DNA from: Eledone cirrhosa | Lineage: Eukaryota | Assembly (NCBI GenBank): GCA_964016885.1 | Contig: OZ024743.1 | Span: 69,812,001-69,876,000, forward strand | Length of the DNA: 64,000 nucleotides | Reading direction: 5' to 3' | Shown here: positions 1-13,959 of the stretch, piece after piece | Layout: each line of letters starts with the position of its first letter | Numbering within the stretch: position 1 is the stretch's first letter | Program-made: the position numbers and the translations under genes | Notes under the pieces: model-generated | What the model saw: only the letters and a program-made list of their open reading frames with translations | Database searches by the model: none | What the model was told of the DNA's origin: nothing

Positions 1-162
<162 letters not shown>

Positions 163-384
163 ACCCACAGACCCTCCATCTCAACTCTACTTTTGAAAAG
201 CAGAACAACTGCGAAACCGATAAAGGGGAACCAAATAAATATATATATATATACGAAAAAACTGAAATGAAATTTCATTTCTCACTCTTAGTAGGGCTGT
301 TACTTAAATATAAGTATTTATACGTACATACATATATGTATATATATATACATACATGCACACATATATATATATGTACGTATG

Positions 385-660
385 GATTTACCGAACATTT
401 ATTATAATGCTCGGTGTGTTTGTAAACAAACATCCCAAGTTAAGCCGTGCAGTGTTTAGCAACCATCGTTTCCCTTTTGTTCAACACTGACATAGGAACG
501 ATGTACTAGTTTCAAGCTTATTAGCTATCGTCAGCACCGTATACCTTCCTGCCAGATGATTGAACGTCTGAAAGTATATACTTTCCTTATGCATATTAAC
601 GGCTGAGCAGCCTAATTTGCATATCGAGTGAGTTAATCTGCCTGGCGCACCGAAAACTAT
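385..660 (-). mobile_element. Short non-coding HHR-bearing repeat (family E), copy 1
   Basis: Near-identical to 53990-54275; flanked by TA-rich microsatellite; contains the HHR at 498-540. Confidence 0.75.
498..540 (-). ncRNA. Minimal type-I hammerhead ribozyme (family E)
   Basis: Minus strand: ACGGTG-CTGACGA-t-AGCT aata AGCT-t-GAAA-CTAG-TA-CATCGT; 6-bp stem I, palindromic ACTAGT stem III, GUA triplet. Confidence 0.8.
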
Positions 661-764
661 ATATATATATGGATGAAACATTGTCAACGAATAAAAATTG
701 TATGAGTAGGTAGGCGTTCTTTCATTTCTTTTACACAGATACATACACACACACACACACACAA

Positions 765-868
<104 letters not shown>

Positions 869-911
869 TTGTGTATGTGTGTATGTATGTATATAATATT
901 CTATCTATCTA

Positions 912-1210
912 TAGTAAATTTACTGAAATGGGGGTGAATGTGGCAAAAATTGCCCGAGTGATTGGGCCTTCTCTGTATATAAACCTGTAGGTTGAAGAAG
1001 AAAGGAGCATGTGCACAACATGCTCCTGAAGTTGAGGGTTGTTCTATCGTCGGGGTTTTAAACAACCCATTTGTGGCGACTCCCCCCTATTGGGATTTCG
1101 ATTGTTAAATTTGTTTGCTTCAATATATTTACAAGATTGTATGTAAAATCCCCGGCATGTTACCTTATTTTGTCCCATTTTCTTGTGCGCCCTTGTGACT
1201 AATAAAGAAA
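912..1210 (+). mobile_element. Tx1/L1-type LINE 3' end fragment in (CTAT)n
   Basis: Encodes a peptide similar to the ORF2 C-terminus SKFYERWVKVARMARVNGPSLYISL of 2411-2755; ends AATAAAGAAA then (TCTA)n; CTAT repeats also upstream. Confidence 0.7.
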
Positions 1211-1345
1211 TCTATCTATCTATATATCTATCTATCTATCAATCTATATATCTATCTATCTATATCTATATATTTACCTACCTATTTATATATCAACCTT
1301 CCTATGTGATTACCTACCTCTATCTCTCTCTCTCACCAACCTCTC

Positions 1346-1442
<97 letters not shown>

Positions 1443-1655
1443 CTCTGTATATTTATATAAATATATATTAATTTTTACTAACCAGAAAAATAGAATTTGT
1501 CCAAGATGGCCGATTGCCACTAACTCTAGATATCGTATTTTGTAAATACAAGTCATTATATCAGATTTGATAGGTTACATAATGGAACAAACAGTGTTGT
1601 GTGGGAACACAACACATCGGTGCCCCGAACACCATTGTTTCATCAATATTCCCCG

Positions 1656-1751
<96 letters not shown>

Positions 1752-1806
1752 TTGGGTTTATTTGGGGGTAATCAAGAAAGGTACTCAATACTTAGTAGGG
1801 TTTATC

Positions 1807-1946
<140 letters not shown>

Positions 1947-1959
1947 GAGAGAGAGAGAG

Positions 1960-2060
1960 AAAAGTCAGGACCCCGGCGGCTGCGCTCCGGCCGTTTTAAC
2001 AGTATTGAATACTCTGGTGCATTATGGTCCACCTGGTATCTTACCACACCCTCTTTGTGA
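1960..2060 (+). repeat. Short interspersed repeat (family I), 3' terminal portion
   Basis: TATTGAATACTCTGGTGC.TTATGGTCCA.CTG..TC.TTACCAC shared with 16810-16880 and 52520-52592; all end in (TA)n. Confidence 0.75.
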
Positions 2061-2115
2061 TATATATATATATATTTATATATATCCTGAGAGAGAGAGA
2101 ATGAGAAAGAAGGGG

Positions 2116-2171
<56 letters not shown>

Positions 2172-2995
2172 TATTTCTTTATTAGCCACAGGGGCACAAA
2201 AGAAGGGGACAAATACAAAGGGGGAAGTTTACATACAATAAAAACGTGTAAAATGTTATCACAGATGGAATTTAAAAGTTAGTCGATTTTCCCCAATAGA
2301 GGGAGACAGTTTATATGGGTAACACATACCCCCGAAAAAAATGTGCAACCCTCATCTTCAGGAGTACGAAGAGCTTGTACTCCTTTCCTCTCCTCCTCCT
2401 TTTCCTCAATCTACAGGCTGATATAGAGAGAAGGCCCATTCACTCGGGCCATTCTCGCCACTTTCACCCACCTTTCATAAAACTTGCTGGGGTACAGCAC
2501 CTCTCTCTCCATCCTGATTCTTCTTCCAAAGTGGTATTTGAAAAAAGAATCAGTTGTTGGCCGGAGAGAAAGGTGTCTGACCTCAGCCCTTTCAACCTTG
2601 TCCACCATACAACCTCTTTCGCCATAGCTATCACACAAAGGAAAACCGCCTCTCCTTCGTTTTTGAAGGAGGGTGGCGGTTTGATCATGACAATGGACTC
2701 GGTGGTCAACTGGATTGGTCCCACCCGCGACAATAGTCGTTCTACATATCCCCACAGGTCAGTGACGCCCGGGCAGTGTATGAATGCGTGCGCGACGGTT
2801 TCTTCGTCTCGCACGCACCTCGGACAGATCTTTTTTGCAGGGTCCCTGCCCGGGCGCCCATGTCTGTAGAGCTTGTCTCGAACTGGTAGAGCTCCTCGGT
2901 AGCACTGCCAAGCCAGGGACTTTTGGAAGTTGTCCATCGGTCCCGGGCGGAAGGTCCTACCGAACAGACTGGCCAGTTCATCTTCCTCCACGCCT
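2172..2995 (-). mobile_element. 5'-truncated Tx1/L1-type LINE (ORF2 C-terminal zinc-finger region + 3' UTR) in (AGAT)n
   Basis: ORF 2464-2991 contains ALPVRDKL...CPRC...ETVAHAFIHCP (RT zinc-binding region); (AGAT)n on both flanks. Confidence 0.85.
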
Positions 2996-3279
2996 AGATA
3001 GATAGATAGATAGATAGATATAGATATTTATATATTGAATACGAAAGTATTTCAAGGATCACAACATGTTTTGATCCTTGCAAATGCTTTGGTTATTCTT
3101 TCAATACATATTCATACCTTGTGATACAACTTAACTTCCATCTTTCGGATTTTACCTCTTGGCCTGTTACCTGGATTCCTTTGATGTGCATGATTACAGA
3201 TGGTAACAACACATTGAGCTTTCAATCATCTTGCCACGTCAAAAATAACTGGAAACTTGATTTACAAATCTTTGTGTAT

Positions 3280-3316
<37 letters not shown>

Positions 3317-3635
3317 GTAAATATGATAATAATGGAGCTGCGGCGTTGCAAATGGGTTACATATGAAAAAGTTTGTCCTTCATCAGTGGTCTTCCAACCG
3401 TCATAGGCACTTCATCGCTTTAAAGACCATATACCTCAGGTTGGTGCGAGCAACGGCTAAAAAAAGTCGTTGGGACACGTAAATAAAGGGGATGCTAGGG
3501 TAAACAAACAAAATAGTTTAAGCAACAGAAAGTGATGAAGAAAGAGACAAGTCCCAGATTTCTATGAATATAAATTCGGTGAAATCGTGAACGAGAGAAT
3601 AAAGACCGTCAAACCTGGTTGAAATGTGAGCAAGG

Positions 3636-3714
<79 letters not shown>

Positions 3715-3718
<4 letters not shown>

Positions 3719-3950
3719 AAAGTTTTATTTAAAATGTTGGGTTACAACGAGTAAATATTTTATAACTGATATAAAAGCACTCAACAGATTTTGGAGTATT
3801 TTACGATATTAAACAAATGGAAATTACATTTATAAAACCATATTTATTTCATTATATATATTTCAGGGATATCATATTAAAAAATATGGTATGCCTTCTT
3901 CAGACAAAATACAATATATAGACAGTTTTATAAATAAATTTGACATACCT
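3715..3950 (-). mobile_element. Short HHR-bearing repeat (family B)
   Basis: Similar to 20404-20830, 21040-21162 and 53250-53430; abuts (TA)n. Confidence 0.75.
3845..3911 (-). ncRNA. Minimal type-I hammerhead ribozyme (family B)
   Basis: Minus strand: TATTTTGT-CTGAAGA-AGGcATACC...GATATCCCT-GAAA-TATATA-TA-ATGAAATA; 8-bp stem I with GU pairs. Confidence 0.7.
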
Positions 3951-4844
3951 TAGAGTTTACAACTTCCATTTAAAAAGTTGTTACGGTAGTGAAAATGTTA
4001 AGGACGGTTAGAAAGAAAGACGGAGAAAAAAAGAAAAAAGGAAAAAGAAAAAGAAGGAGAAAAGAAAAAGAAAGAGCGGAAGGTGAAGAAGATGAAGAAA
4101 TGTATGTAAAGAGAAAACACCAAATGAGAGATCTATGAGGGAAGGGGGTACTGTAATTATTCATTTGTTTATTTATTTATTTAGTGTTAAGGATACGGGG
4201 AGAAATAAAAACAAAAATAAATAAGGAGAGGTAGATCGAGTAATATCTATTATACGAGGTGGGAGAGATAGGGAAGGGGTGATATACAGAAGATAGAGTT
4301 AAAACAGCCGATATAAGAGTAGAAGGGAGGAGGAGAGGAGATATACTTAGAAACAAAAATGATAGTTTTAAAATATTATGTTTCATCAGCCTATCAATTC
4401 CTATGAATTATAATGTAAACATCAATATTCATGAATGAGACACATATCAATAATGTGTGAAAAAATAGTGACTATATGTTTAGTTTAAAAATTCATAGGT
4501 TTATAATCAAAATCTGAGATAAAACTCCAAAAAATACTGGAATACATAGGTATATATGTATTTTCATGAACAAAGAGAAAAGAGAAAGAAAAAGAGAAGG
4601 TTACCTCAAACTGACATTATAGACACATGTGAGTTTACATGATCAGCTCTGTAAATTTTTATTTCACATGGAACTCTTCATTGCGTTAAAAATATTTTAC
4701 CATACACATAAGTGTACATACATATATATATACATAAAATATACATTATTAATAATAATAATAATATTCTTGCCCTTTCTTACATGATTATCGTACAAGC
4801 ATAGAATAGAACAGATATCAATATATTAAAATTATTATTCTCGT

Positions 4845-5185
4845 TAGAGCGTGGGAGGAAATGCTTTATAGTATTTAGTTATGGCCCGTTATGCTCAGAG
4901 TTCAAAACCCGCCGAGTTTAGCTTTGCCTTTCATCCTTACGTGGTCGAAATAAAGCACCAGTGATGCACTGTGGAGAATTTAATCGACTTTCCCCTCCCC
5001 TTGTGCCTGAATGAGAAACCATTATTACACAGCATGAGTGGTGGATTGGCATTAACGGAAAAGGGTCGGACGCCATGATTTACAGCATAGAGTTATGGCC
5101 CTTTATGATCTGAGTTCAAATCCCACCGAGGTTAACTTTGCCTTTCATCCTTACGGGGTCGATAAAATAAAGTACCAGTAATGCA
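4845..5185 (+). mobile_element. Two adjacent copies of the abundant octopus-type SINE
   Basis: GAGTTCAAATCCC.CCGAGGTTAACTTTGCCTTTCATCCTTACGGGGTCGATAAAATAAAGTACCAG core with B-box-like GTTCAAATCC. Confidence 0.8.
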
Positions 5186-6880
5186 CGTAGAGTATTTCCA
5201 GAGCGTCAGCGGCACGAAGATCGCATAGTCTTTTATTTCCGTTATACGATCTAGCCCTAGCTAGGATCTCCCAGTGTATCCTATATTGAGTGTGGTTGTC
5301 TTTTAGACCTCAAATATAAGCTGAAAGTGACGTAATATTCCTTCTTAAAAAGTTAAGAAAAGAATAGGTGTGCATGTAAAGACGCTGCTTGAATCTATTG
5401 GTTAACACGTGAGTGATTCAACATTACATTTGTAGACATGTTACTGGAGAGGCATTTCCCGGAAAGAGGGCAGTCAACCTGATTTCTAAAATTACAGTTA
5501 GTACTAGATATAGGGTTGAACGTGTTCCTTCGGCTAGGTAATTTAGCTAAATTTGAAGCAGTGCAGTGGGAACACCCTTTAAGAAGGAATATGACGTCAC
5601 TTCAGCTTATATCTGGAGTCTAAAAGACAACCACACCCAATATAGGTTACACTGGGAGATCCTAGCTAAGGCTAGATTGTATAATGGAAATAAAAGACCA
5701 TGCGATATTCGTGCTGCTGTAGCCCAGGAAAGACTCTACGCCAATGACCACATCTTAAACAAAAAATCTGAGGCATTTTCGGCTTGTAAACACAAATTGC
5801 ATAAAACTTTCCTGTATTACAGCCCCACATTATACCCGAACGGATAGTACGAACAATACGCGGATAATTTACGTCTTGATGTGGTAGCTAAGTATATTTA
5901 TGTTTATACCATTACTTATTTGTATAGGTATGTATACTTTACCCGTATGTTTTGTGAAAGTACGTATACTTTCTCGTACGATATATGCTTGTATTTGTTA
6001 TAGGTGTATATATGTCATTATATATACTTGTATATGTGTATATGGTTATGTGTATATGTGTATTTTGTGTTTGTGTGCGTATGCGTGTTTACGTGTTTTC
6101 ACATTGTGTTTTAGTTGACGTACGTTTGGTCAAGATATGTGTATTTACCTGTAGGTATGTGTGTCCGTGCGTTATATACGTATTTATGTGTATATTTATA
6201 TACGTTTATATAATTATAAGTATATATACACACACACATATATATATTTTTTTATGTGCATTTGGTGTATACGTTCGTATGTGTGCGAGGACAGGTGTGC
6301 GCGTGTTTATGTGTACGTGCATATATACATGTATGCATGGCGGGTGTTTTTGCGTATGCACGTGTATGTACGTATATAGATGCGTGTATGTATATATTTA
6401 ATTATTATTGATTTTAATAACCTCTGTCATTTTCGTTCTACTAATTTATTAACATTATTATTAACTCTGAAGCCGAGAATCATTCAGTTTCCTAAATAGA
6501 ATATTAGTCTACGACTTGATTTATACCATAAACCTGGTTTTGTCTTTGCGTGTAATTGTTCTCATGCACCACATAACGACGTATTATCTTCGCTTTTTTC
6601 CGTTCATTGTCAGGCAACGTCTTCACGAACCAAAGTATCGTCTTCCTGTTTTCCTTCGGTTGCAACGTTTTTCGAAATATTTACTTCTGCGTTCACATAT
6701 TGATTTTTTTTAGTTTCAGAAAATCCCGTTAAGGGTGAAAGCACCGATTCTTTGCTTAAACTTTAATCTGTTATTTTAATAAATATTTGCCCTAGGGTTC
6801 TTATATATTTGATATTTATTTATCCTTTTCGAACCCTCTTTGGATTTTAGTCTTCACATTTATTATTATTACTATACATA
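5186..6880 (+). mobile_element. Penelope-like element remnant (GIY-YIG C-terminus, inverted 5' copy, degenerate HHR)
   Basis: ORF 5566-5847 (YIWSLKD...WEILAKA...CD...ILNKKSEAFSACKH) resembles the endonuclease end of 28136-28789; 5186-5350 is an inverted copy of 5578-5740; HHR-like fold at 6712-6762. Confidence 0.7.
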
Positions 6881-7244
6881 CATATATATATATATATATA
6901 AGAGAGTGTTGAAGTTTGCTTGAAGCATTGTGGAATAATAAAATTGGTCGTTTTCGAAGCCCATGCAGATGGGTAAATATCCGGGTAACAGAATCAAGTG
7001 GTAATGAGAGAGATGAAATAGGAAATGTAGAATGAGACGTATAGGGTGTAGAGAAACATAGGAAAGAGTGTAAAAATGATAACACGTGATAGATTTACCT
7101 TCGAAGTGATTTAATTGTCCCTATATTTCGGATTTCACATACATCAACAGGGGGTTTTCCGAGGGGGAAAGGTTTTGTCGGAGAGAAACAACACGTGGCC
7201 TCTGTTGTCTATTGTGTGTGTACAACTATCTCGTGTATGCTTTG

Positions 7245-7390
7245 ACGCATAGAGTTACGGCCCTTGCCATTCTAAGTTCAAATCCCGCCGAGGTTAATTT
7301 TGCCTTTCATCCTTACGAGGTCGATAAAATAAAGTACCTGTAATGCACTGGGTAATAGCTGGCCTAGTACCAAAAATTAAAAACAATTAT
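7245..7390 (+). mobile_element. SINE copy (5' truncated)
   Basis: Same SINE core, ending in an ACAATTAT tail. Confidence 0.8.
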
Positions 7391-7522
7391 TTTTACACTC
7401 TTTCCTACGTTCCTCTACACCCTATACGTCTCATTGTACATTTCCTCTTACATCTCTGTCATTACCACCTGATTCTGTTGCCCGGAGATTTACCCATCTG
7501 CATTGTTGAGGCTTCCAAAACG

Positions 7523-7610
<88 letters not shown>

Positions 7611-7709
7611 AAAAATATCAAAAGAAGGGAAGTTGGAGGGGAGAGACAGATGGAGTGAGAAAGAGAGAGAGACATGGAGGAAGAGAAACAGAGGGGAAGA
7701 TTAAATGTT

Positions 7710-7769
<60 letters not shown>

Positions 7770-8580
7770 GAGAGTGATTGGGAAAGATGAGACCTTCTGA
7801 AGACTGAAAGGCAAAGTTGACCTTGGCGACATTTGAAACCAGAACGGAAAGGACCGTAGTGAAATATAGCAATGCATGTTATCCAGCGTTCTAATAATTC
7901 TGCCAATCCACCATCCTCAAATGAAATTCAAGCGAAGTCAACCGAAACGAATGGAATTTAAAGTCAAATGGTAAAGAATCGGAAGAAATATTGCTAAACA
8001 TTTGTGGGACGCTCTAACGATTTTGCCAATTCATGGCTTTCAGTGACACCTTCAATAAAGATTGCTAGATCTATAACAATGTAATATAAAGAGACATAGG
8101 AAGAGAAAAGAAAAAGTACTGCAAGAAAGAAAGAGATAATGTGCGAGAGAGGAAGCAGTGTAAACCAGAAAGTATCAAACCATTTTGCTGTACATTGATC
8201 GCTGCATCTATTCTACTACGTCTATTGGGAAGTGGACTGATTTTATAAGCTTTGGGCCATACCTCTTTACTTGTTCCGTTCTTTCTTTCTTTTTTCGTTC
8301 TTTTTTCTTTGTTTCTGTTGTTCTTTCTTTCGTCGTTCATCAGACTTTCTTTTTTATTTCTAGCATTCAATTGTTTTACGTTTTGTTTTTTTGTTATTTA
8401 TTGTATTTGTCCATTCTTATGTAGAATACTTTTCAATTTCTTAATTACAGTTCTCGTTAAGTCTGGGAGTGGTCAATGCGTCTTTTACAACGTTCAGATG
8501 ACAGAAATGGTAGAAACAAATCAAGAATATGTGTAAGCGATTATTAGATTGATATATGTAACCAATATATATATATAAAT

Positions 8581-8639
<59 letters not shown>

Positions 8640-8790
8640 TGTATGTATATATGTATGTATAAATAGAGGGAGAGAAAGAGAGAGGTAAGAGAATGGAGAG
8701 AGACTGTGAAAGAGAAGAGAAGACAACTTTGATGAGGGAAAGAGACAGAGAGGGGAGAATAGAGAAAGGGAGAGAAGAGACTTAGATAAA

Positions 8791-8835
<45 letters not shown>

Positions 8836-9809
8836 GGAGAGAGAGAGAGAGGGAGGAGAGAGAGAGAGCGAGATAGAGAGAGAGAGAGAAGAGGAAAGAG
8901 AATGGAAGAAAAAAAGATGAATGTGAGAGTGATAATCATCCGTTGTCTTGATATACTTGCGGAGAATGATAATGTTAAGATATGTAATATACTGATTGCC
9001 TCTGGAGTAATATTAATATAAGCAGTTGTTGTTGTTGGTAATGGTGTTGGTGGTGAAACTCTTGCTGTTTAGTTCAAAGTTCTGATTCCCGAACTGCATG
9101 AGTATGATTATAAAGGGTGTTTTATGATATTGGTTAAAGGCAGTGGATTGACAAGACTCGTTAGACCGTCGGATAAATAGTTTTGTGGTATTCATTCCGG
9201 CTCTCTGCAATCTGAGTTTAAATCCTGCTGAGTTTAAATCCTGCTGAGATCAAACTTTGTTTTTAATCCTTTTGAGATCGATGTATGACACCAATCTAGT
9301 ACTGGAGCCGATTCTTTCTCCATATCTCTTTCTCATTTCATCTCTATCATTATATCTCGCCTCCGTGGAAGAAATCTGCTTTGCTAAGAACTGGAGAGTG
9401 ACTCACTTCGCCAGGTTTTAAAAATGCTGAAGATACTACGGTGCTCCTATAAACCCATCATGAGTTACTACAGATCGATACATGTGGACATGACAGCTTG
9501 TTTGTTTGTTCGGTCCTCGTTTCAATTCGCAATTTCCATACAGCAACTGGACTCTATTGATCATATTACAAAGGTGGAGGACAGAGTGGAGGTTGTCTAC
9601 TCTTACCACCGAAACACCGACATCACTTGTTATGAGAAGTTGTTGAACGCAAAGATGTTTGTTTCGTTCTGTTTTCCGTGTGAATATTACATTTACTAAT
9701 GCTACACAGCCATTCTTCTCTGATTCTTTGACACCCTATAAAAAGAGTGGTTGACTGATGAGGGATTGAGGAATTTGAAATGTGAGAATATAAACACCAC
9801 AATAATTAT

Positions 9810-10212
9810 AATTGTTTCAACTTTTGGCTCAACGCCAGCAATTATACCAGTGTATTACTGGTACGTTATTTTATCGACCCCGTAAGGATGAAAGTCAAAG
9901 TTAACCTCGGCGGGATTTGAACTGAGACCATAAAGGGCCGTAACACTTTGCTGCAAAGTATGGCGTCCGACCGACCCTCTACCGATACTGACAATCCACC
10001 ACCAATCCACCACAATAATTATAATTGTTACTATTTTGGGCACAAGGCCAGCAATTACCAGTACATTACTGGTACTTTATTTTATCGACCCCGTAAGGAT
10101 GAAAGGCAAAGTTAACCTCGGCGGGATTTGAACTCAGATCATAAAGGGACGTAACTCTATGCTTCAAATCATGGTGTCCGACTCTCTACCGATACTGCCA
10201 ATCCACCGCCCT
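9810..10212 (-). mobile_element. Two tandem SINE copies
   Basis: SINE core on the minus strand; target word CCACAATAATTATAAT occurs three times (~9798, ~10010, ~10215). Confidence 0.85.
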
Positions 10213-10261
10213 TACCACAATAATTATAATAATAGTTGATCAGTTGATTTATCAAGTTTTA

Positions 10262-10585
10262 TTACGCTTAGTGGTTAGAGCATAGGACTTACAATCGTGA
10301 GGTTGTAAGTTCAATTCACGGACCGTTGTGTGTTTTGTGTTCTTCAGCAAGACACTTTGATTCACGTTGCTTAAGTTCACTAAGCCGTGGAAATGAATGG
10401 CGATGTCACTGGTGCCCAGCATTCCTTGGACAATATCGGTAAGGGGAGAGGGGAGGCCGTGGAGAGGGGAGACCGGTATCCATGAGCGACTGCTACTCTT
10501 CCAAAAACAAACGTTACCCGGATTGGCGCCTCTGAGGGGAAATTTATAGGTGGAAATCCCATGGTCATTCGTCACTGAAGAGTAT
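10262..10585 (+). mobile_element. Second, tRNA-derived SINE family
   Basis: tRNA-like head GCTTAGTGGTTAGAGC...GTTCAATTC (A/B boxes), followed by a CORE-like TTCAGCAAGACACTTT and a non-tRNA body. Confidence 0.65.
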
Positions 10586-10594
10586 CTTTACCTC

Positions 10595-10658
<64 letters not shown>

Positions 10659-10697
10659 AAATATAAAACAATCAAATCTTAGTTTAATATATTTAAT

Positions 10698-10743
10698 TGC
10701 TGACAATTGTTTCTTCCAGACGAATGTCTGGTTCATCGGAGCA
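10698..10743 (-). ncRNA. Hammerhead-like motif with U4C core variant
   Basis: Minus strand: TGCT-CCGATGA-a-CCAGAC attc GTCTGG-aa-GAAA-CAATTG-TC-AGCA; palindromic ACAATTGT, GUC triplet. Confidence 0.6.
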
Positions 10744-11253
10744 TACACAATGTTTAAACGGGTAATTAACATCCTAGTCTTTGGAACATTTATATAGATA
10801 CATAACTATTGATATTCAGTGGCAACATATAGAAAATCAGGAGTTACAAAAACATGTTATGCTACAGAAATCACAGTATAAGGGATAATGGTGAAAAGTG
10901 AAATATTGAGTATATTATATATAAAGATATTCTTTAAGGTAATAGATGTGCAAAAGATACAAGCAAGAAAGATGTAAGAGAGGAAAGATAGAAGATATCA
11001 TAGCATTGAAAAGCAGGTAATGTTAAGAGTATATAATGCAAAAGTTAATAAAGTTAATAAAGGCATACATTAGGTAAGAATTATACAATAAATAAATCAA
11101 GCATATTCCATACAGAAAGTTGAAGCATGTTAAAAGTGTTTAAAATGCTTAAAATGTTAAAAATGGCATGCAATATGGTAGAGAGATATGTGCTTAGTAC
11201 TACCCTCCATATATATAATTATATATATATATTTATATATTATATATATATAT

Positions 11254-11349
<96 letters not shown>

Positions 11350-11358
11350 TATTTATAT

Positions 11359-11424
<66 letters not shown>

Positions 11425-11551
11425 ATATATATATATATATTTTCAGTGCTCCGGAATTTAGTCCTCGCTAACTTTATTCCATCCACTGAATTATTATTTT
11501 TATATGGGTTCCTAGTGTCCGCGCACTGCCTGGGAACTTAGCTGAGAATAG

Positions 11552-11633
11552 ACTCCCTGATGACGTAATGAATTCTCTATAGTTATATTATGTAACTATA
11601 TTTATCCCATTACAGAAACTAATAAGTTGGAGT
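11552..11633 (+). ncRNA. Type-I hammerhead ribozyme (family A, copy 1)
   Basis: ACTCC-CTGATGA-c-GTAATG..TATAGTTA..TAACTATA..CATTAC-a-GAAA-CTAATAAG-TT-GGAGT; predicted cleavage after 11628. Confidence 0.8.
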
Positions 11634-12087
11634 GAAAATTTTAGTAAGTAAGTTGATTTTTAATTTTTAAAATTTTCTTATTTTACGTCTTTCATATAAT
11701 TGTTCTGCATCCCCCTGCATAGAACCACATGGGTACTAAGACATAACTTATATATTTGCTAGCATGAGTGTACATCTGCACACATATGTTGGTAGATGTA
11801 CTAATTCTCTATATTTATCTCCAAATTATTTGTTGAGCAAAACTTGCCAAAATTTACTGCTGTTTCATGGTAGTAGTAGGCTCTTGTCATAATACCACCC
11901 CGCTCCTAACTGATTAACCTCGGTGTCACGTGATTGATTCTTTAGAATCTGCCACTGACCAGATGCAGTGAAATTTTTTCAGTGCTCCGGAATTTAGTCC
12001 TCGCTAGCTTCATTCCATCCACTGAATTATTATTTTTATATGGGTTCCTAGTGTCCGTGCATTGCCTGGGAACTTAGCTGAGAATAG

Positions 12088-12169
12088 ACTCACTGATGAC
12101 GTAATGAATTCTCTATAGTTATATTATGTAACTATATTTATCCCATTACAGAAACTAATAAGTTGGAGT
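12088..12169 (+). ncRNA. Type-I hammerhead ribozyme (family A, copy 2)
   Basis: Same fold as 11552-11633, with one stem I mismatch next to the core. Confidence 0.7.
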
Positions 12170-12334
12170 GAAAATTTTAGTAAGTTGATTTTTAATTTTT
12201 AAAATTTACTTATTTTACGTCTTTCATAAAATTGTTCTGCATCCCCCTGCATAGAACCACATAGGTACTAAGACATAACTTATATATTTGCTAGCATGAG
12301 TGTACATCTGTACACATATGTTGGTAGATGTACC

Positions 12335-12442
<108 letters not shown>

Positions 12443-12631
12443 TTAATTTAATATATCTAATAACATAAGCGCACAGATGTACGCTAATGCCAGCAAATAC
12501 ACAGGTTATGTCATAGTACCTCGGTGGTTCAATACAGGAGGATGCAGAACAATAATATAAAAGACGTAAAATAAGAAAATTTTTTGAAAAAATAAAAAAA
12601 AAAATATTTAACTTACTTACTTAAATTTTCA

Positions 12632-12711
12632 CTCCAACTAATTAGTTTCTGCAATGGGATAAAGACAGTTACGTAATGAACTGTTGAGGATTTCATTGCG
12701 TCATCAGGGAG
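12632..12711 (-). ncRNA. Type-I hammerhead ribozyme (family A, copy 3)
   Basis: Minus strand: CTCC-CTGATGA-c-GCAATG..ACAGTT..AACTGT..CATTGC-a-GAAA-CTAATTAG-TT-GGAG. Confidence 0.8.
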
Positions 12712-13101
12712 ATCATTCTCAGCCAAGTCTCCAGGCAATGCGCGGACACTGGGGACTCATATAAAAATAATAATAATTCGGTAAATGGAACAGCTATCGA
12801 GGGCTGGATTCCAGGTACTAAAAATCTCACTGCCACTGGTCATATGGCCGATTCTAAAGAATCAATCACGTGACACAGAGGCTAGTCAGTAGGAATGGGA
12901 TGGTAAGATGACAGACGCCTACTACCACCCCCAAACAATTTAGAAGTGGTTTTGGCAGGTTTGCTCGACAAATCAGTGGCAGTGAGAATTTTCAGTACCT
13001 GGAATCCAGCCCTCGATAGCTGTTCCATTTACCGAATTATTATTATTTTTATATGAGTCCCCAGTGTCCGCGCATTGCCTGGAGACTTGGCTGAGAATTA
13101 T

Positions 13102-13181
13102 CTCCCTGATGACGCAATGAAATTCTCAACAGTTCATTACGTAACTGTCTTTATCCCATTGCAGAAACTAATTAGTTGGAG
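13102..13181 (+). ncRNA. Type-I hammerhead ribozyme (family A, copy 4)
   Basis: Same fold; perfect palindrome AACTAATTAGTT across stem III. Confidence 0.8.
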
Positions 13182-13247
13182 TGAAAATTTAGGAAAGTAA
13201 GTTAAATTTTTTTTTAAAAATTCTTTTAAAAATTTTCTTATTTTACG

Positions 13248-13306
<59 letters not shown>

Positions 13307-13318
13307 TTATATATTATA

Positions 13319-13407
<89 letters not shown>

Positions 13408-13959
13408 AAGCGCTCGTGTGTGTTTGAGCTGTTAAACCTGAAAACACTATAGACATTTTACGTTACTATCTCCTTGACAGCAATTGTGGTTCTTTTTTCG
13501 ATTGCCATATATAATTTTAGCAAACATCCGTCTCCTCTAGTTCAAATAAAAAAAAAAACAAGGAAAACATTACATCGAATCTTACGTGTTTTCTATCGAT
13601 TAACTCCTTGCTTTATCGTATGTAAGGTATTTTGAGCCCGAAATATCGAAATATTGATATAAATGCCACTTATTTCAAAATGATCAAGTCTGTTACTTTA
13701 TTTTTCGATCTCCTTCTTTTGAGCAGCTAACTTACTTAACTTACGAAGCATTAAACACACACAAACAAATACATTCACCCCCCCCCCCCCACTCCCCACT
13801 CCTACATATAAATATGTAGTCGTGATATTGCGTGACTCATATGAGATTTAGGTAAGCTGTTGTGTCTCTAATTAGGTGATCAGCTTTACAATGTAAAGAT
13901 AATAAAGAAATGGTACTGCTAAGCTAACATGATACACAAACATGGACATACACATACAG

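Noticed and set aside
3110-4660. Minus-strand exon-like segments (~3170-3250, ~4606-4649) with AG/GT ends
   Set aside because: Stop codons in all frames; no supporting partner exons.
9750-9790. CTGATGA...GAAA as a hammerhead
   Set aside because: No convincing stems I, II or III.
10262-10325. tRNA gene
   Set aside because: No complete cloverleaf; runs into a SINE body.
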